Assembly (NCBI GenBank): GCA_943787745.1
Contig: CALSNJ010000004.1
Span: 84,983 to 148,982 of the forward strand
Direction: 5' to 3'
Origin: an uncultured Alphaproteobacteria bacterium
GTDB lineage: Bacteria > Pseudomonadota > Alphaproteobacteria > UBA6615
DNA length: 64,000 bases
The notes under the pieces were generated by a model. It was not told the DNA's origin. It ran no database searches and saw only the letters and a list, made by a program, of their open reading frames with translations. The position numbers and the translations under genes are program-made. This document shows, one piece after another, positions 29,966 through 39,514 of the stretch (the stretch's first letter is position 1; each line of letters opens with the position of its first letter).

Positions 29966-31201
29966 CTAGGGTCGGTTCAGTTCGGGACGGTCCCAACGGA
30001 AGGTGCGACGCCCGGCCTTGAAGCCATGCAGCGGCTGCGCGTTGATCGCGACGGCTTCATCAGGTGATGAAGCGCCCCAGATCACGAGGTCCGCGGAGCT
30101 TCCGACAGACAAGCCATTGTCCTCACGCCCAATCAGACGCCCGGGCATGGTTGTGACCATTGCGAAGGTCTCCAATAATTCTTCCGTCGTCCCGCGCTGC
30201 AAAACATTGGCGTACATATTGGCAATCCGCATCAGCGACCCATCGCCGAACGGCGTGAACGGGTTGAGGATATTGTTGGTCGAGAGGCAGCAATTCACAC
30301 CGTGCGAGACCAGCGCATTGGCATCCGCAACACCGCGCATCACCGAATGATCCTGATGACGGCCGACCGTAAACAAATCGGTCGCTGGCAGGACGGTCAC
30401 CGTCACACCACTATCGGCCAGCAGCTTGCCGAGGTCTTTCAGCTTGGCCGGCGGCATGCTCGCATATTTGGAGCCATGACCCACGGCCACGCGTCCACCC
30501 CAACCGTATTTATCGGCGAGTTCGCAGACCTGATAAATGTCGAGATGATCGTGGTTGGGTCCCACATCGAGATGGATATCGACATCGACGTCATATTCGT
30601 TGGCAAGTTCAAAAATGCGCGCGATCTGACCTGGACCATTCTCGTCGTAGCTCGGTGCGCCACCGATGGCTTTCGCGCCGCGCTCCAGACCTTCAACGAG
30701 ATTGGCATCTCCCTCGGGAACACCCGTCCAGCCTTCCTGAAGGAAGACACAAAGATCGAGATCAATGCCCCAGGCATAATCCTTGGCGAGTTGCTCGAGT
30801 GCATCGAAACTCTTCATACCCACATTGGGATCAAGCTCCACATGGGTGCGCATATGGGTTACGCCTGCCACAAGCGAGGTTTCCAGAGACGCCTGCGCGC
30901 GCTGGTAGACATCCTCAACCGTAAAGCTGGGCTTTACAGCCGCGACGCGCTTCATATGGTCGGTGCCACGATCAGGTGACGGCTCGGAACGGTCGAGAAT
31001 GCGTGACTTGTCGAGATGGATATGGGTTTCGATCAGTCCGGCGGAGACAAGACAGCCGCCCGCGTCAACGCTTTCACCTTCATCAGCGAGCCCGGTGCCA
31101 ATGGCCGCGATCTTGCCATCCGAAACACCAATATCCTGAAGCGGCGCGCCCTTGGGAACGCTCGCGAGCTGTGCGTTTCGCACGATCAGATCAAAACTCA
31201 T
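29966..31201 (-). CDS. Amidohydrolase, cytosine-deaminase-like subfamily
   Basis: ETHIHLDK, RTHVE, DVDIHLD, VAVGH, LPATDL, STNNILNPFTPFGDG. Confidence 0.87.
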   Translation of the reverse strand: MSFDLIVRNAQLASVPKGAPLQDIGVSDGKIAAIGTGLADEGESVDAGGCLVSAGLIETHIHLDKSRILDRSEPSPDRGTDHMKRVAAVKPSFTVEDVYQRAQASLETSLVAGVTHMRTHVELDPNVGMKSFDALEQLAKDYAWGIDLDLCVFLQEGWTGVPEGDANLVEGLERGAKAIGGAPSYDENGPGQIARIFELANEYDVDVDIHLDVGPNHDHLDIYQVCELADKYGWGGRVAVGHGSKYASMPPAKLKDLGKLLADSGVTVTVLPATDLFTVGRHQDHSVMRGVADANALVSHGVNCCLSTNNILNPFTPFGDGSLMRIANMYANVLQRGTTEELLETFAMVTTMPGRLIGREDNGLSVGSSADLVIWGASSPDEAVAINAQPLHGFKAGRRTFRWDRPELNRP

Positions 31202-31270
31202 GTCTTACTCCCCTCAAAACCTGAAATTACTTTGCCTGAGACGAGGGTCCCAAAGGCATGACGATATAGC

Positions 31271-31600
31271 TTAGCTCTTATTCGGTGCCTGGTCCCGGTC
31301 CTCAGGCCCATAATCACGCTGCACTTCAGCAACTCGCAGACGATAATTCGCAAAAATTCCGCCACGGCCCTTCGCCTGCGCAATCCGATGTTCCGCGTGC
31401 TCACGCCACGCTTTCACCGCAGCTTCATCCCGGAAGAACGACAGCGCCAGATACTTGCCCGGCTCGTAGATGCTCTCAAAACGTTCGACAGAGATGAACC
31501 CTTCGATCTCATCGAGCTCTGCGCGCAACTCATGCGCAATATCGAGATAGTCGTCTTTCCGGTCTTCGGCGGGCCAGACTTCGAAGATCACCGCGATCAT
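31271..31600 (-). CDS. Antibiotic biosynthesis monooxygenase (ABM) domain protein
   Basis: MIAVIFEV, GFISVERFES, WREHAEHRIAQAKGR. Confidence 0.88.
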   Translation of the reverse strand: MIAVIFEVWPAEDRKDDYLDIAHELRAELDEIEGFISVERFESIYEPGKYLALSFFRDEAAVKAWREHAEHRIAQAKGRGGIFANYRLRVAEVQRDYGPEDRDQAPNKS

Positions 31601-31604
31601 GGCG

Positions 31605-32840
31605 CTAGGCCGTTCCGCGATTGCGCGGCCAGCCATCGACCTGGCGGCGCAGTTCAAGCCGTGCAATCTGGCGTCGATGCACTTCGTCGGGGCCATCAAA
31701 CAGACGCATGGCACGGGTCCGGGCATACATCGCAGCAAGCGGGAAATCATCTGACATCCCGCCGCCACCATGAAGCTGTATCGCGCGATCAATCACACCG
31801 AGCGCCATATTGGGCGCGGCCACCTTGATCATGGCGATTTCCTGCCGGGCTTCTTTTGTGCCGACCTGATCAATCATCCAGGCCGCTTTCATCACCAGCA
31901 GGCGACACATCTCGATCTCGATGCGCGACTGCGCAATGCGCTCCTCGGTGATGCCCCGCTCGGCAAGCAACTTGCCCCAGGTTTCCCGCTCGGTGGCCCG
32001 CTTGCACATCGCTTCCAGCGCACGCTCGGCAACACCGATCACACGCATGCAATGATGGATGCGCCCCGGCCCCAGACGACCCTGTGCAATCTCAAAACCG
32101 CGCCCTTCGCCCAGCAGCAGGTTTTCAGCAGGCACGCGTACATTGTCGAAGATCACCTCGGCATGGCCATGCGGTGCATCGTCATAGCCCATGACATTCA
32201 GCGTTCGTTTGACCGTCAGGCCGGGCGTGTCCCGCGGCACCAGTATCTGAGACTGTTGCTGATGCCGGTCCGCCGTGGGGTCGGTCTTCCCCATCACGAT
32301 CATGATCTGGCAGCGCGGATTTCCCGCGTTGGAAATCCACCATTTGCGGCCGTTGATGACGTATTCATCGCCATCCCGGGTGATCGCACATTCGACATTG
32401 GTGGCGTCCGACGACGCCACATCGGGCTCAGTCATGGCGAAGGCCGAACGGATATCACCATTCAGCAAAGGCGTCAGCCACGCCTCCTGCTGGGCGGGCG
32501 TGCCGTACATGTGCAGAACTTCCATGTTCCCGGTATCGGGCGCATTGCAGTTGAAGACCTCGGGTGCCCAGTCGACCCGGCCCATAATCTCGCAAAGCGG
32601 AGCATATTCCGCATTGGCCAGACCCGCGCCGTGGTGGGCATCCGGCAGGAACAGGTTCCAGAGACCACGCTCGCGCGCCTTAACCTTCAGGTCTTCCATG
32701 ATCTGCGGCGTTTGCCAGCGCGTTCCCTGCGTTTCGAGTTGTTCTTCGAATGTGTGCTCGTTCGGGTACACAAACTCGTCCATGAACGAAATCAGTTCCT
32801 CCCGCATCTCTTTGCAGCGTGCGGTCAATTCGAAATCCAT
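31605..32840 (-). CDS. Acyl-CoA dehydrogenase, ACAD10/11-type
   Basis: [50 protein letters not shown]. Confidence 0.93.
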   Translation of the reverse strand: MDFELTARCKEMREELISFMDEFVYPNEHTFEEQLETQGTRWQTPQIMEDLKVKARERGLWNLFLPDAHHGAGLANAEYAPLCEIMGRVDWAPEVFNCNAPDTGNMEVLHMYGTPAQQEAWLTPLLNGDIRSAFAMTEPDVASSDATNVECAITRDGDEYVINGRKWWISNAGNPRCQIMIVMGKTDPTADRHQQQSQILVPRDTPGLTVKRTLNVMGYDDAPHGHAEVIFDNVRVPAENLLLGEGRGFEIAQGRLGPGRIHHCMRVIGVAERALEAMCKRATERETWGKLLAERGITEERIAQSRIEIEMCRLLVMKAAWMIDQVGTKEARQEIAMIKVAAPNMALGVIDRAIQLHGGGGMSDDFPLAAMYARTRAMRLFDGPDEVHRRQIARLELRRQVDGWPRNRGTA

Positions 32841-32937
32841 TATTCTTCCCCGATCCTCGATTGTCGCGACAGGTGTCCCACCGCAAGTCTTGCCCTAGAA
32901 TAGCGCCTTCCGGTCCGCAGGGGGAGCTTCCAAGACC

Positions 32938-33711
32938 ATGTCCACCAAATCACCATTCGATATCACCGGCAAGACGGCCATCGTGACGGGCTCTACCAAG
33001 GGTATCGGACGGGCCATCGCCGTGGCGCTGGCAGAAGCGGGCGCCAAGGTCGCCGTCTCAAGCCGTGATGCGGGACGGGTCGCCGAAACCGCGCAATCGC
33101 TCACGGAGTCCGGCCACAAAGTGATCGGCATTCCCTGCAATGTCGGACGCAAGCAGGAACTCCAAAATCTGGTCGATCAGACCAAAGCCCAGCTCGGTCC
33201 AATCGACATCCTGATCTGCAACGCCGCCATCAATCCCTATTACGGCCCGGCAATGGAAATTCCTGATGATGTGTTCGCCAAGGTTATGCACACCAATATT
33301 CAGGCCCAGCTCTGGCTGACCCAGATGGTGGTGCCGGACATGAAGGCGCAAAAAGATGGCGCGATTATTCTGATTTCATCGATCGGGGGATTGCGCGGCA
33401 GCGACGTGATCGGTGCCTATAACATCTCCAAGGCAGCAGATATCCAGCTCGCCAAGAACCTGGCTGTCGAGCTCGGTCCCGACAATATACGCGTCAACGC
33501 GATCGCACCGGGTCTGGTCAAAACAGATTTCGCACGCGCGCTCTGGGAAAACCCGGAATTTGCCGAGCCCCGCATCGCGGCAACGCCCCTGCGTCGACTG
33601 GGAGAACCAGAAGACATTGCCGGAGCCGCCGTGTTTCTGGCGTCAAACGCCGGGCGCTGGACAACCGGGCAGACAATCGTGATCGATGGTGGGGCGACCG
33701 TGCCTGTCTAG
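32938..33711 (+). CDS. Short-chain dehydrogenase/reductase (DHRS4-like)
   Basis: TGSTKGIG, NAAINPYYG, YNISK, NAIAPGLVKTDFARALW. Confidence 0.92.
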   Translation: MSTKSPFDITGKTAIVTGSTKGIGRAIAVALAEAGAKVAVSSRDAGRVAETAQSLTESGHKVIGIPCNVGRKQELQNLVDQTKAQLGPIDILICNAAINPYYGPAMEIPDDVFAKVMHTNIQAQLWLTQMVVPDMKAQKDGAIILISSIGGLRGSDVIGAYNISKAADIQLAKNLAVELGPDNIRVNAIAPGLVKTDFARALWENPEFAEPRIAATPLRRLGEPEDIAGAAVFLASNAGRWTTGQTIVIDGGATVPV

Positions 33712-35840
33712 CCGGTCCGGCCCTTATCCCATTCTTTGAACGAAGATCCAGAATCAGCGAGTTCACGAAGCAACGCCGTGGGTTCCCACTTGTCGCCCCA
33801 TTCGGCATGGAAGTGATCGAGGGTTTTCACCACCTCCGCCAAACCGACCGTGTCGGCATAGAACATCGGACCACCACGCCAGCGCGGGAACCCGTAACCG
33901 TGTTGCCAGATCACATCGATATCGGATGCTCGAATCGCCAGATCCTCTTCGAGAATTTTCGCGCCCTCATTGATCAGCGAATAGATGCAGCGCTGGAGAA
34001 TTTCTTCATCGGAAATATCCCGGCGGTTGATCCCCATCTCGGCCGATCGTTCGGTCAGCATGGTTTCGATCAACGGATCGGGAACGGCCGTGCGCCCGTC
34101 TTCGTATTTGTACCAGCCCGCGCCGGTTTTCTGGCCGTAGCGACCCAGATCACAAATCCGCCCCAGAAGCGGTGAGAAACGTTCCTCCGCTGGACGTGTC
34201 TCGGCGCGACGTTTTTCGATGGCCCAGCTGATATCGAGTCCGGCCAGGTCGTAGACCCGGAATGGTCCCATGCGAAAACCGAAGGTCTCGATCACCCGGT
34301 CCACATCCTGCGGCAGCGCGCCTTCCTCAACAAGGAAATCACACTGGCGGAAATACGGTGCCAGCATGCGGTTGCCGACAAACCCGTCACAAACCCCAAC
34401 CACCACGCCCGTTTTGCCAAGTTTTTTCGAAAGATCGAGAACCGTCGCAATGATGTCCTTCGATGTCTTTTCGGCCCGCACAACCTCCAGCAGGGTCATC
34501 ACATTGGCCGGGCTGAAGAAATGCAGCCCCAGCACGTCTTCAGGGCGTTTCGTGATCGCCGCAATGGCATCGACATCCAGCGTCGACGTGTTTGTCGCGA
34601 GGATTGCACCGTCCTTGGCAAGTCGGTCGAGCTCGGTGAAAACCGATTTTTTGACCTCCATCTCCTCGAACACAGCTTCGATCACGAGATCGGCTTCAGA
34701 CACCGCCGCCATATCAACCGACCCGGAGATACAAGCCATGCGGGCCGCCATCTCTTCGTCCGTCAGGCGACCACGTTTGCGGGTCACGTCATAATTGCCC
34801 TCAATCCGGGCGAGGCCCTTATCGAGGTTTTCCTGGGACGCTTCGATGACCGTCACGTCCATGCCGGCATTCGCAAACGACATGGCGATCCCACCACCCA
34901 TGGTTCCCGCTCCCAGAATCGCAACTTTCTCGATTTTTCGCCGTGGGATATCTGCCGGAATATCGGGAATTTTTGACGTCTGGCGCTCAGCAAAAAACGA
35001 ATGAACCAGCGAGCGGGATTCATCAGATGCAACGGCCTCTTCACTGATCTCAGCTTCGCGTGCCCAACCGTCCCGAAAGGACATGGTCAAAGTGTTCGCC
35101 ACACTTTCAAGACAACGGAAGGGAGCCTCCATACCGCGCGCCGATTTTTCCAGTCGCGCGCGAACTTCGGCAACAACCGCTTCGCCTTCTTTCAGGTTCA
35201 GATCGATTTCAATTTCGCTGGTCCGGCGCGGCACCACATTCTGCTCAACAAGCTTGGATGCGTAGGCAATCGCACGCGCAACAAGGTCCGCATCTGTGAC
35301 AATACGATCCACAAGTCCGATCTCAAGAGCCGTTGCTGCATCCACCGGCGTTCCGCTGGTGATCATCTCAAGCCCCTTTTGGAACCCGACAAGTCGCGGC
35401 AGGCGTTGTGTGCCGCCCGCACCTGGCACGACACCCCGATGAACTTCGGGCAATCCCAATTTGGCCTCGGAATCGACAATCCGATAGTGACAACCCATCG
35501 CAAGTTCCAGTCCCCCGCCAAGAGTAGGACCATGAATGGCCGCCACCACAGGTTTATCGCTTTCTTCAACAAGGTTCATAAGGTGCCGCGTCATCGGACG
35601 CACAGCCCGGTTGGGCGTGTTGAATTCACGGATATCTGCGCCGCCGCAGAAATTGCGGCCAGCACCACAGATGACAATCGCCTTGATGAGCTTGTCCGTC
35701 TGCGCGAGGTCAATCAGCTCAGCGATCGATATCCGAACATCCTTCGCCAGCGCATTGACTGGCGGATTGTTAATCGTGATGACGCCCACAGCGCCGCTTT
35801 GGCGATACAAGACATGCGCGCTTCCATTGGTTACAGCCAT
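33708..35840 (-). CDS. Second bifunctional enoyl-CoA hydratase / 3-hydroxyacyl-CoA dehydrogenase (PimF/FadN-like)
   Basis: [50 protein letters not shown]. Confidence 0.92.
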   Translation of the reverse strand: MAVTNGSAHVLYRQSGAVGVITINNPPVNALAKDVRISIAELIDLAQTDKLIKAIVICGAGRNFCGGADIREFNTPNRAVRPMTRHLMNLVEESDKPVVAAIHGPTLGGGLELAMGCHYRIVDSEAKLGLPEVHRGVVPGAGGTQRLPRLVGFQKGLEMITSGTPVDAATALEIGLVDRIVTDADLVARAIAYASKLVEQNVVPRRTSEIEIDLNLKEGEAVVAEVRARLEKSARGMEAPFRCLESVANTLTMSFRDGWAREAEISEEAVASDESRSLVHSFFAERQTSKIPDIPADIPRRKIEKVAILGAGTMGGGIAMSFANAGMDVTVIEASQENLDKGLARIEGNYDVTRKRGRLTDEEMAARMACISGSVDMAAVSEADLVIEAVFEEMEVKKSVFTELDRLAKDGAILATNTSTLDVDAIAAITKRPEDVLGLHFFSPANVMTLLEVVRAEKTSKDIIATVLDLSKKLGKTGVVVGVCDGFVGNRMLAPYFRQCDFLVEEGALPQDVDRVIETFGFRMGPFRVYDLAGLDISWAIEKRRAETRPAEERFSPLLGRICDLGRYGQKTGAGWYKYEDGRTAVPDPLIETMLTERSAEMGINRRDISDEEILQRCIYSLINEGAKILEEDLAIRASDIDVIWQHGYGFPRWRGGPMFYADTVGLAEVVKTLDHFHAEWGDKWEPTALLRELADSGSSFKEWDKGRTG

Positions 35841-36067
35841 CGCTCCCCCCGAAGCACATGCTTATTGGCAACACTCAAACCGAGTATACCACGCACACCA
35901 TCAGGATAACATTCGGACCTTCAGGTCACGAATAGCTGCCGCGCATTTGAGTAATGGTCCGTGGCTCGCACAGGTGCCGCGCGCCTGCTAAAACAGGGGT
36001 CGGGTCAATCTGGCCCGTCGGGCCGCAAACTGCGCCCGGGAAATCATGTATCGAACGGAACCCGTTG

Positions 36068-37462
36068 ATGGCCGGTGACAGCGCAATTCGTCCAAACGTG
36101 TCGCAACTTTCGGCACTGTTGGCTTCAATTATTGCAGCCGTTCTGCTGGCCGCGCCCCTTTGGAGTGACGCCCCCGGGGTTATGCCCGCCGCTGGCGTCA
36201 TCCTGTTTGCGATTGTGAACTGGGCGACAGGTGCCCTGCCCCAGCACATCACAGCATTGCTGCTTTTTCTGATTACTGTCGTCCTCAAGATCGCGCCTGC
36301 AGACGTCGTCTTCTCAGGGTTTCACGCCAGCGCAACATGGCTGGTCTTCGGCGGATTCATTATCTCGATCGCAGCCCAGCAATCCGGACTGGCCGCGCGA
36401 ATTGTTCGCGTGCTTCTGACCCATCTTCCCGCACGCTATCTCGCCATGGCCGCAGGTCTCGCAGGCGCGGGTGTGTTGCTCAGCTTTATTATGCCATCTG
36501 CATCGGGACGCGTGGTTCTGATGGTGCCGCTTGCTGTTGCTCTGGCCGGGCGGCTCGGATTTGCCGAACGTACACGCGCGCGCCACGGTCTGGTGATCGC
36601 CGCAGGCTGGGGCACAACCATTCCTGCTTTTGGCATTTTGCCATCCAATGTTGTGAATATGGCCTTCGTGGGCGCCTCCGAAAGCATCTTCGGGATCGGG
36701 TTTACCTATTTCGGCTACACTGTTTTGAATTTCCCTATCCTGGGCGTATTGGCCACGATGATCTCGGTCATCCTGATCACGCTCCTGTTCGGCGCCAAGC
36801 CGAACCCGCAGGGCGACGCCGAAATGGGGACGCGAACCAGCCCGGCAGAGCAGCGATTGATGGCGATCATGCTGATTGCACTCGCATTCTGGATGACGGA
36901 TTCGCTGCATGGCATATCACCAGCCTGGGTGGCCATGGCAGCAGCTCTCCTGTGCACGACCCCGGGGATAGGTGTGGTGTCCTCCTCTGTGATGATCAAA
37001 GACGTCAATTACGGCGCCTGGATGTTCGTCGCGGGCGTCATCGGAGTGGGTGCAATCGCCAACCACACAGGACTTGGTGCCGCCATGGGAGAGTGGCTGC
37101 TCGCCACCGTGCCGCTCAGCAAGGATGGGGGCATTGTCACCTTCTACGAGATTTTCGCGGTGAGCGCGGCTGTCGGGCTGGTCACAACCTTCCCCGCAGC
37201 ACCGCCGATCGTCACGTCTTTCTCGGATGCCATCGCACAGGCGACTGGATGGCCACTGAAGTCCGTCCTTCTGGCACAGGTTCCCAGCTGGATGATCTAC
37301 GCCTTCCCGCATCAGGCACCGCCAGTGGCCATCGCCATGGCACTGGGTGGCGTACCGATGCGCGAAGGACTGCGATTCCTCGCGGTCTATTTCATCATCG
37401 GAATCCTGATCGTGTTGCCGCTGCAATATTACTGGGGGCACATGCTCGGCATGTATCCCTGA
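36068..37462 (+). CDS. SLC13/DASS family anion permease
   Basis: Many TM segments, WLVFGG, FIMPSASGR, PSNVVN, FPHQAPP; start uncertain. Confidence 0.8.
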   Translation: MAGDSAIRPNVSQLSALLASIIAAVLLAAPLWSDAPGVMPAAGVILFAIVNWATGALPQHITALLLFLITVVLKIAPADVVFSGFHASATWLVFGGFIISIAAQQSGLAARIVRVLLTHLPARYLAMAAGLAGAGVLLSFIMPSASGRVVLMVPLAVALAGRLGFAERTRARHGLVIAAGWGTTIPAFGILPSNVVNMAFVGASESIFGIGFTYFGYTVLNFPILGVLATMISVILITLLFGAKPNPQGDAEMGTRTSPAEQRLMAIMLIALAFWMTDSLHGISPAWVAMAAALLCTTPGIGVVSSSVMIKDVNYGAWMFVAGVIGVGAIANHTGLGAAMGEWLLATVPLSKDGGIVTFYEIFAVSAAVGLVTTFPAAPPIVTSFSDAIAQATGWPLKSVLLAQVPSWMIYAFPHQAPPVAIAMALGGVPMREGLRFLAVYFIIGILIVLPLQYYWGHMLGMYP

Positions 37463-37505
37463 TCCGAGTATCCAGTCTACAGACCCAGACCAAGGAGAAC
37501 GCGAA

Positions 37506-37817
37506 ATGCTGTTCATGGTACGCATCAAGGTCGAACTGCCCGGCGATATGGACCCGGCCAGAGTTCAGGAGCTTGGCGAAGCCGAGGCCGACCGCGCAAT
37601 CGAAGCCATCAATGCCGGCCAGATGCGCAAGATCTGGCGGATCGTGGGCGAGCGCTCAAACTTCTCGATCTGGGAAACCGATACGCTCGAAGAGTTTCAC
37701 GAACTTATTTCATCCTTCCCGCTTCATCCGTGGATGAGCGTGGATGTCACGCCAATGATCGAGCACCCCGCGACGAAGGCCTATGAAGAACGTGTGGGGC
37801 CGTTTCCCACGTTTTGA
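37506..37817 (+). CDS. Muconolactone delta-isomerase family protein (CatC-like)
   Basis: MLFMVRIKVELP, IWRIVG..SNFSIW, FPLHPWMSVDVTPMIEHP; AGGAG RBS. Confidence 0.8.
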   Translation: MLFMVRIKVELPGDMDPARVQELGEAEADRAIEAINAGQMRKIWRIVGERSNFSIWETDTLEEFHELISSFPLHPWMSVDVTPMIEHPATKAYEERVGPFPTF

Positions 37818-37832
37818 CGGGATACACGGGGC

Positions 37833-38636
37833 CTAATAGCCCCGTTCGGCTTTCAGCTCCGACGCTGTCCGATAGACCTCTGGGTAACGCTCTGAAATAC
37901 GCGCACCAGGATAGAACGCTGCCGCGTAAGACGGGCGCTCCTGAATGCGTTTGAACCAGGCCGTCATCTCGGGCAGGTCGTTTTCCCAGAGGAAGGCATA
38001 TCCAAGGTCGTCCATACGATCGATCAGCGGCGTCACCTGTGCATCCACCATTGTGTACTGGTCGCCCATGATCCAGGGCCCACCCAGCTCGACGATGGCG
38101 GCATCAATCCGTTCGCAGGTCTGACGAATCTGGAACTCGGCATATTCAAGCTCATCCTTGCCAAACCCCTTCTGGGACATGCGCTGATAGAACTGTTTGC
38201 GCAGGGGCAACCGATCGGCGTGGGCGGCGAAATCGTCATTGCTCGCTTTGGCGAACCGCATTGGCGCCAGCATATTTGCAAAAGTTGGCACCCGCACCGC
38301 GACCGTGGGCACCTCATCGATATAGCGCATCCATGCGCGCATCTTTGCGCGGCCCACAGCTGTGTCCGGCATCAGCGGCGGATTGGGAATGATTTCTTCG
38401 AGATACTCCAGAATGGCCGAAGATTCGACGAGGATCGTGCCGTCATGCACGAAGGTCGGCACCACGCCATTGGGATTGATCTTCAGATAATCCGGCTCGA
38501 GCTGCTCGAACTTCCCCAGATCGACATCGTGTTCGACCCAGTCCTTGTTCATCTCGGGCAGGCCTTTCTCGGCCAAGGTGACGCGCACCTTCTGACTGCA
38601 GGTCGACTGCGGCGCCTGATACATCTCGATCTTCAT
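37833..38636 (-). CDS. Glutathione S-transferase family protein
   Basis: STCSQKVR, INPNGVVPT, ESSAILEYLEE, PWIMGDQYTMVD. Confidence 0.9.
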   Translation of the reverse strand: MKIEMYQAPQSTCSQKVRVTLAEKGLPEMNKDWVEHDVDLGKFEQLEPDYLKINPNGVVPTFVHDGTILVESSAILEYLEEIIPNPPLMPDTAVGRAKMRAWMRYIDEVPTVAVRVPTFANMLAPMRFAKASNDDFAAHADRLPLRKQFYQRMSQKGFGKDELEYAEFQIRQTCERIDAAIVELGGPWIMGDQYTMVDAQVTPLIDRMDDLGYAFLWENDLPEMTAWFKRIQERPSYAAAFYPGARISERYPEVYRTASELKAERGY

Positions 38637-39407
38637 TCTGCGTCTCCGTCCTTAAAAAACTGTGGGTACTTCTCGCTCACATTGGTGCCGGGATAGAACG
38701 CGATATCAAACGAAGGGCGCATTCTGTATCCGGCCGAACCACGCGGTCATTTCGGGAAGATCATCCTCCCAGAGTTTCGCATATCCCAAATCCGCCATAC
38801 GCTGGATCAGCGGCGTGAGCGTGACATCAATGAGCGTGTAGTCCGAGCCGAGAATCCAAGGGCCGCCGGACTGAATGACTGCGGCATTGACCCGTTCAGC
38901 CGTCTGCCGAATCTGGCCCAGTGCGTTGTCCACTTCACTTTCCGCGAAACCATCGATCCGGCCCATCCGGCGATAAAACGCCTTGCGCAAAGGAAGTTTC
39001 TCGACCCGCTCCTGAAACTCTTCCTCAGGCATGTTTTCATAGCGCAATGGCCGGAACACCTGATTGAAGGACGGCACCCGGACAGCCGGTGTCGGGACTT
39101 CTTCCATGTAACGCATCCAAACGCGCAGACGGGCCCGCGGGAGCGGTGCACGGGGCACAAGGGAGGGCTCGGGGAAAATTTCATCCAGATATTCAACGAT
39201 GACCGAAGACTCAATAATCGGCTCGCCATCATGCACGAGGGTGGGAACTACGCCGTTCGGATTAAGCTTCAGATACTCCGGTGTGAGGTGGTCTCCGGTC
39301 GCGAAATGCAGTTCATGGCTGGTCCATTCGATACCCTTTTCAGCCAGACAAATCCGAACCTTCTGGCTGCACGTAGAGTGACCTGAGTGATAAAGCTCTA
39401 ACGCCAT
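38633..39407 (-). pseudogene. Glutathione S-transferase family gene with one extra base near the 3' end (pseudogene or sequence error)
   Basis: STCSQKVR, LNPNGVVPT; ORF stops at 38706, but the shifted frame from ~38722 reads RPSFDIAFYPGTNVSEKYPQFF, matching the paralog tail, and ends in an ATGA overlap at 38633-38636. Confidence 0.85.
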
Positions 39408-39514
39408 TGACTGATCCTCCCAACAAATTGAAGCGCGCGATCTCGAAGTCGCGCTTAGGCTGTTTATACCAATCTCTGTTCACGAAGTCCCTCAACCGAA
39501 TTTGCGTGGCTGAT

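Noticed and set aside
38706-38708. TGA in the GST gene as selenocysteine/readthrough
   Set aside because: Homology continues in a different frame starting before the TGA, so it is a frameshift.
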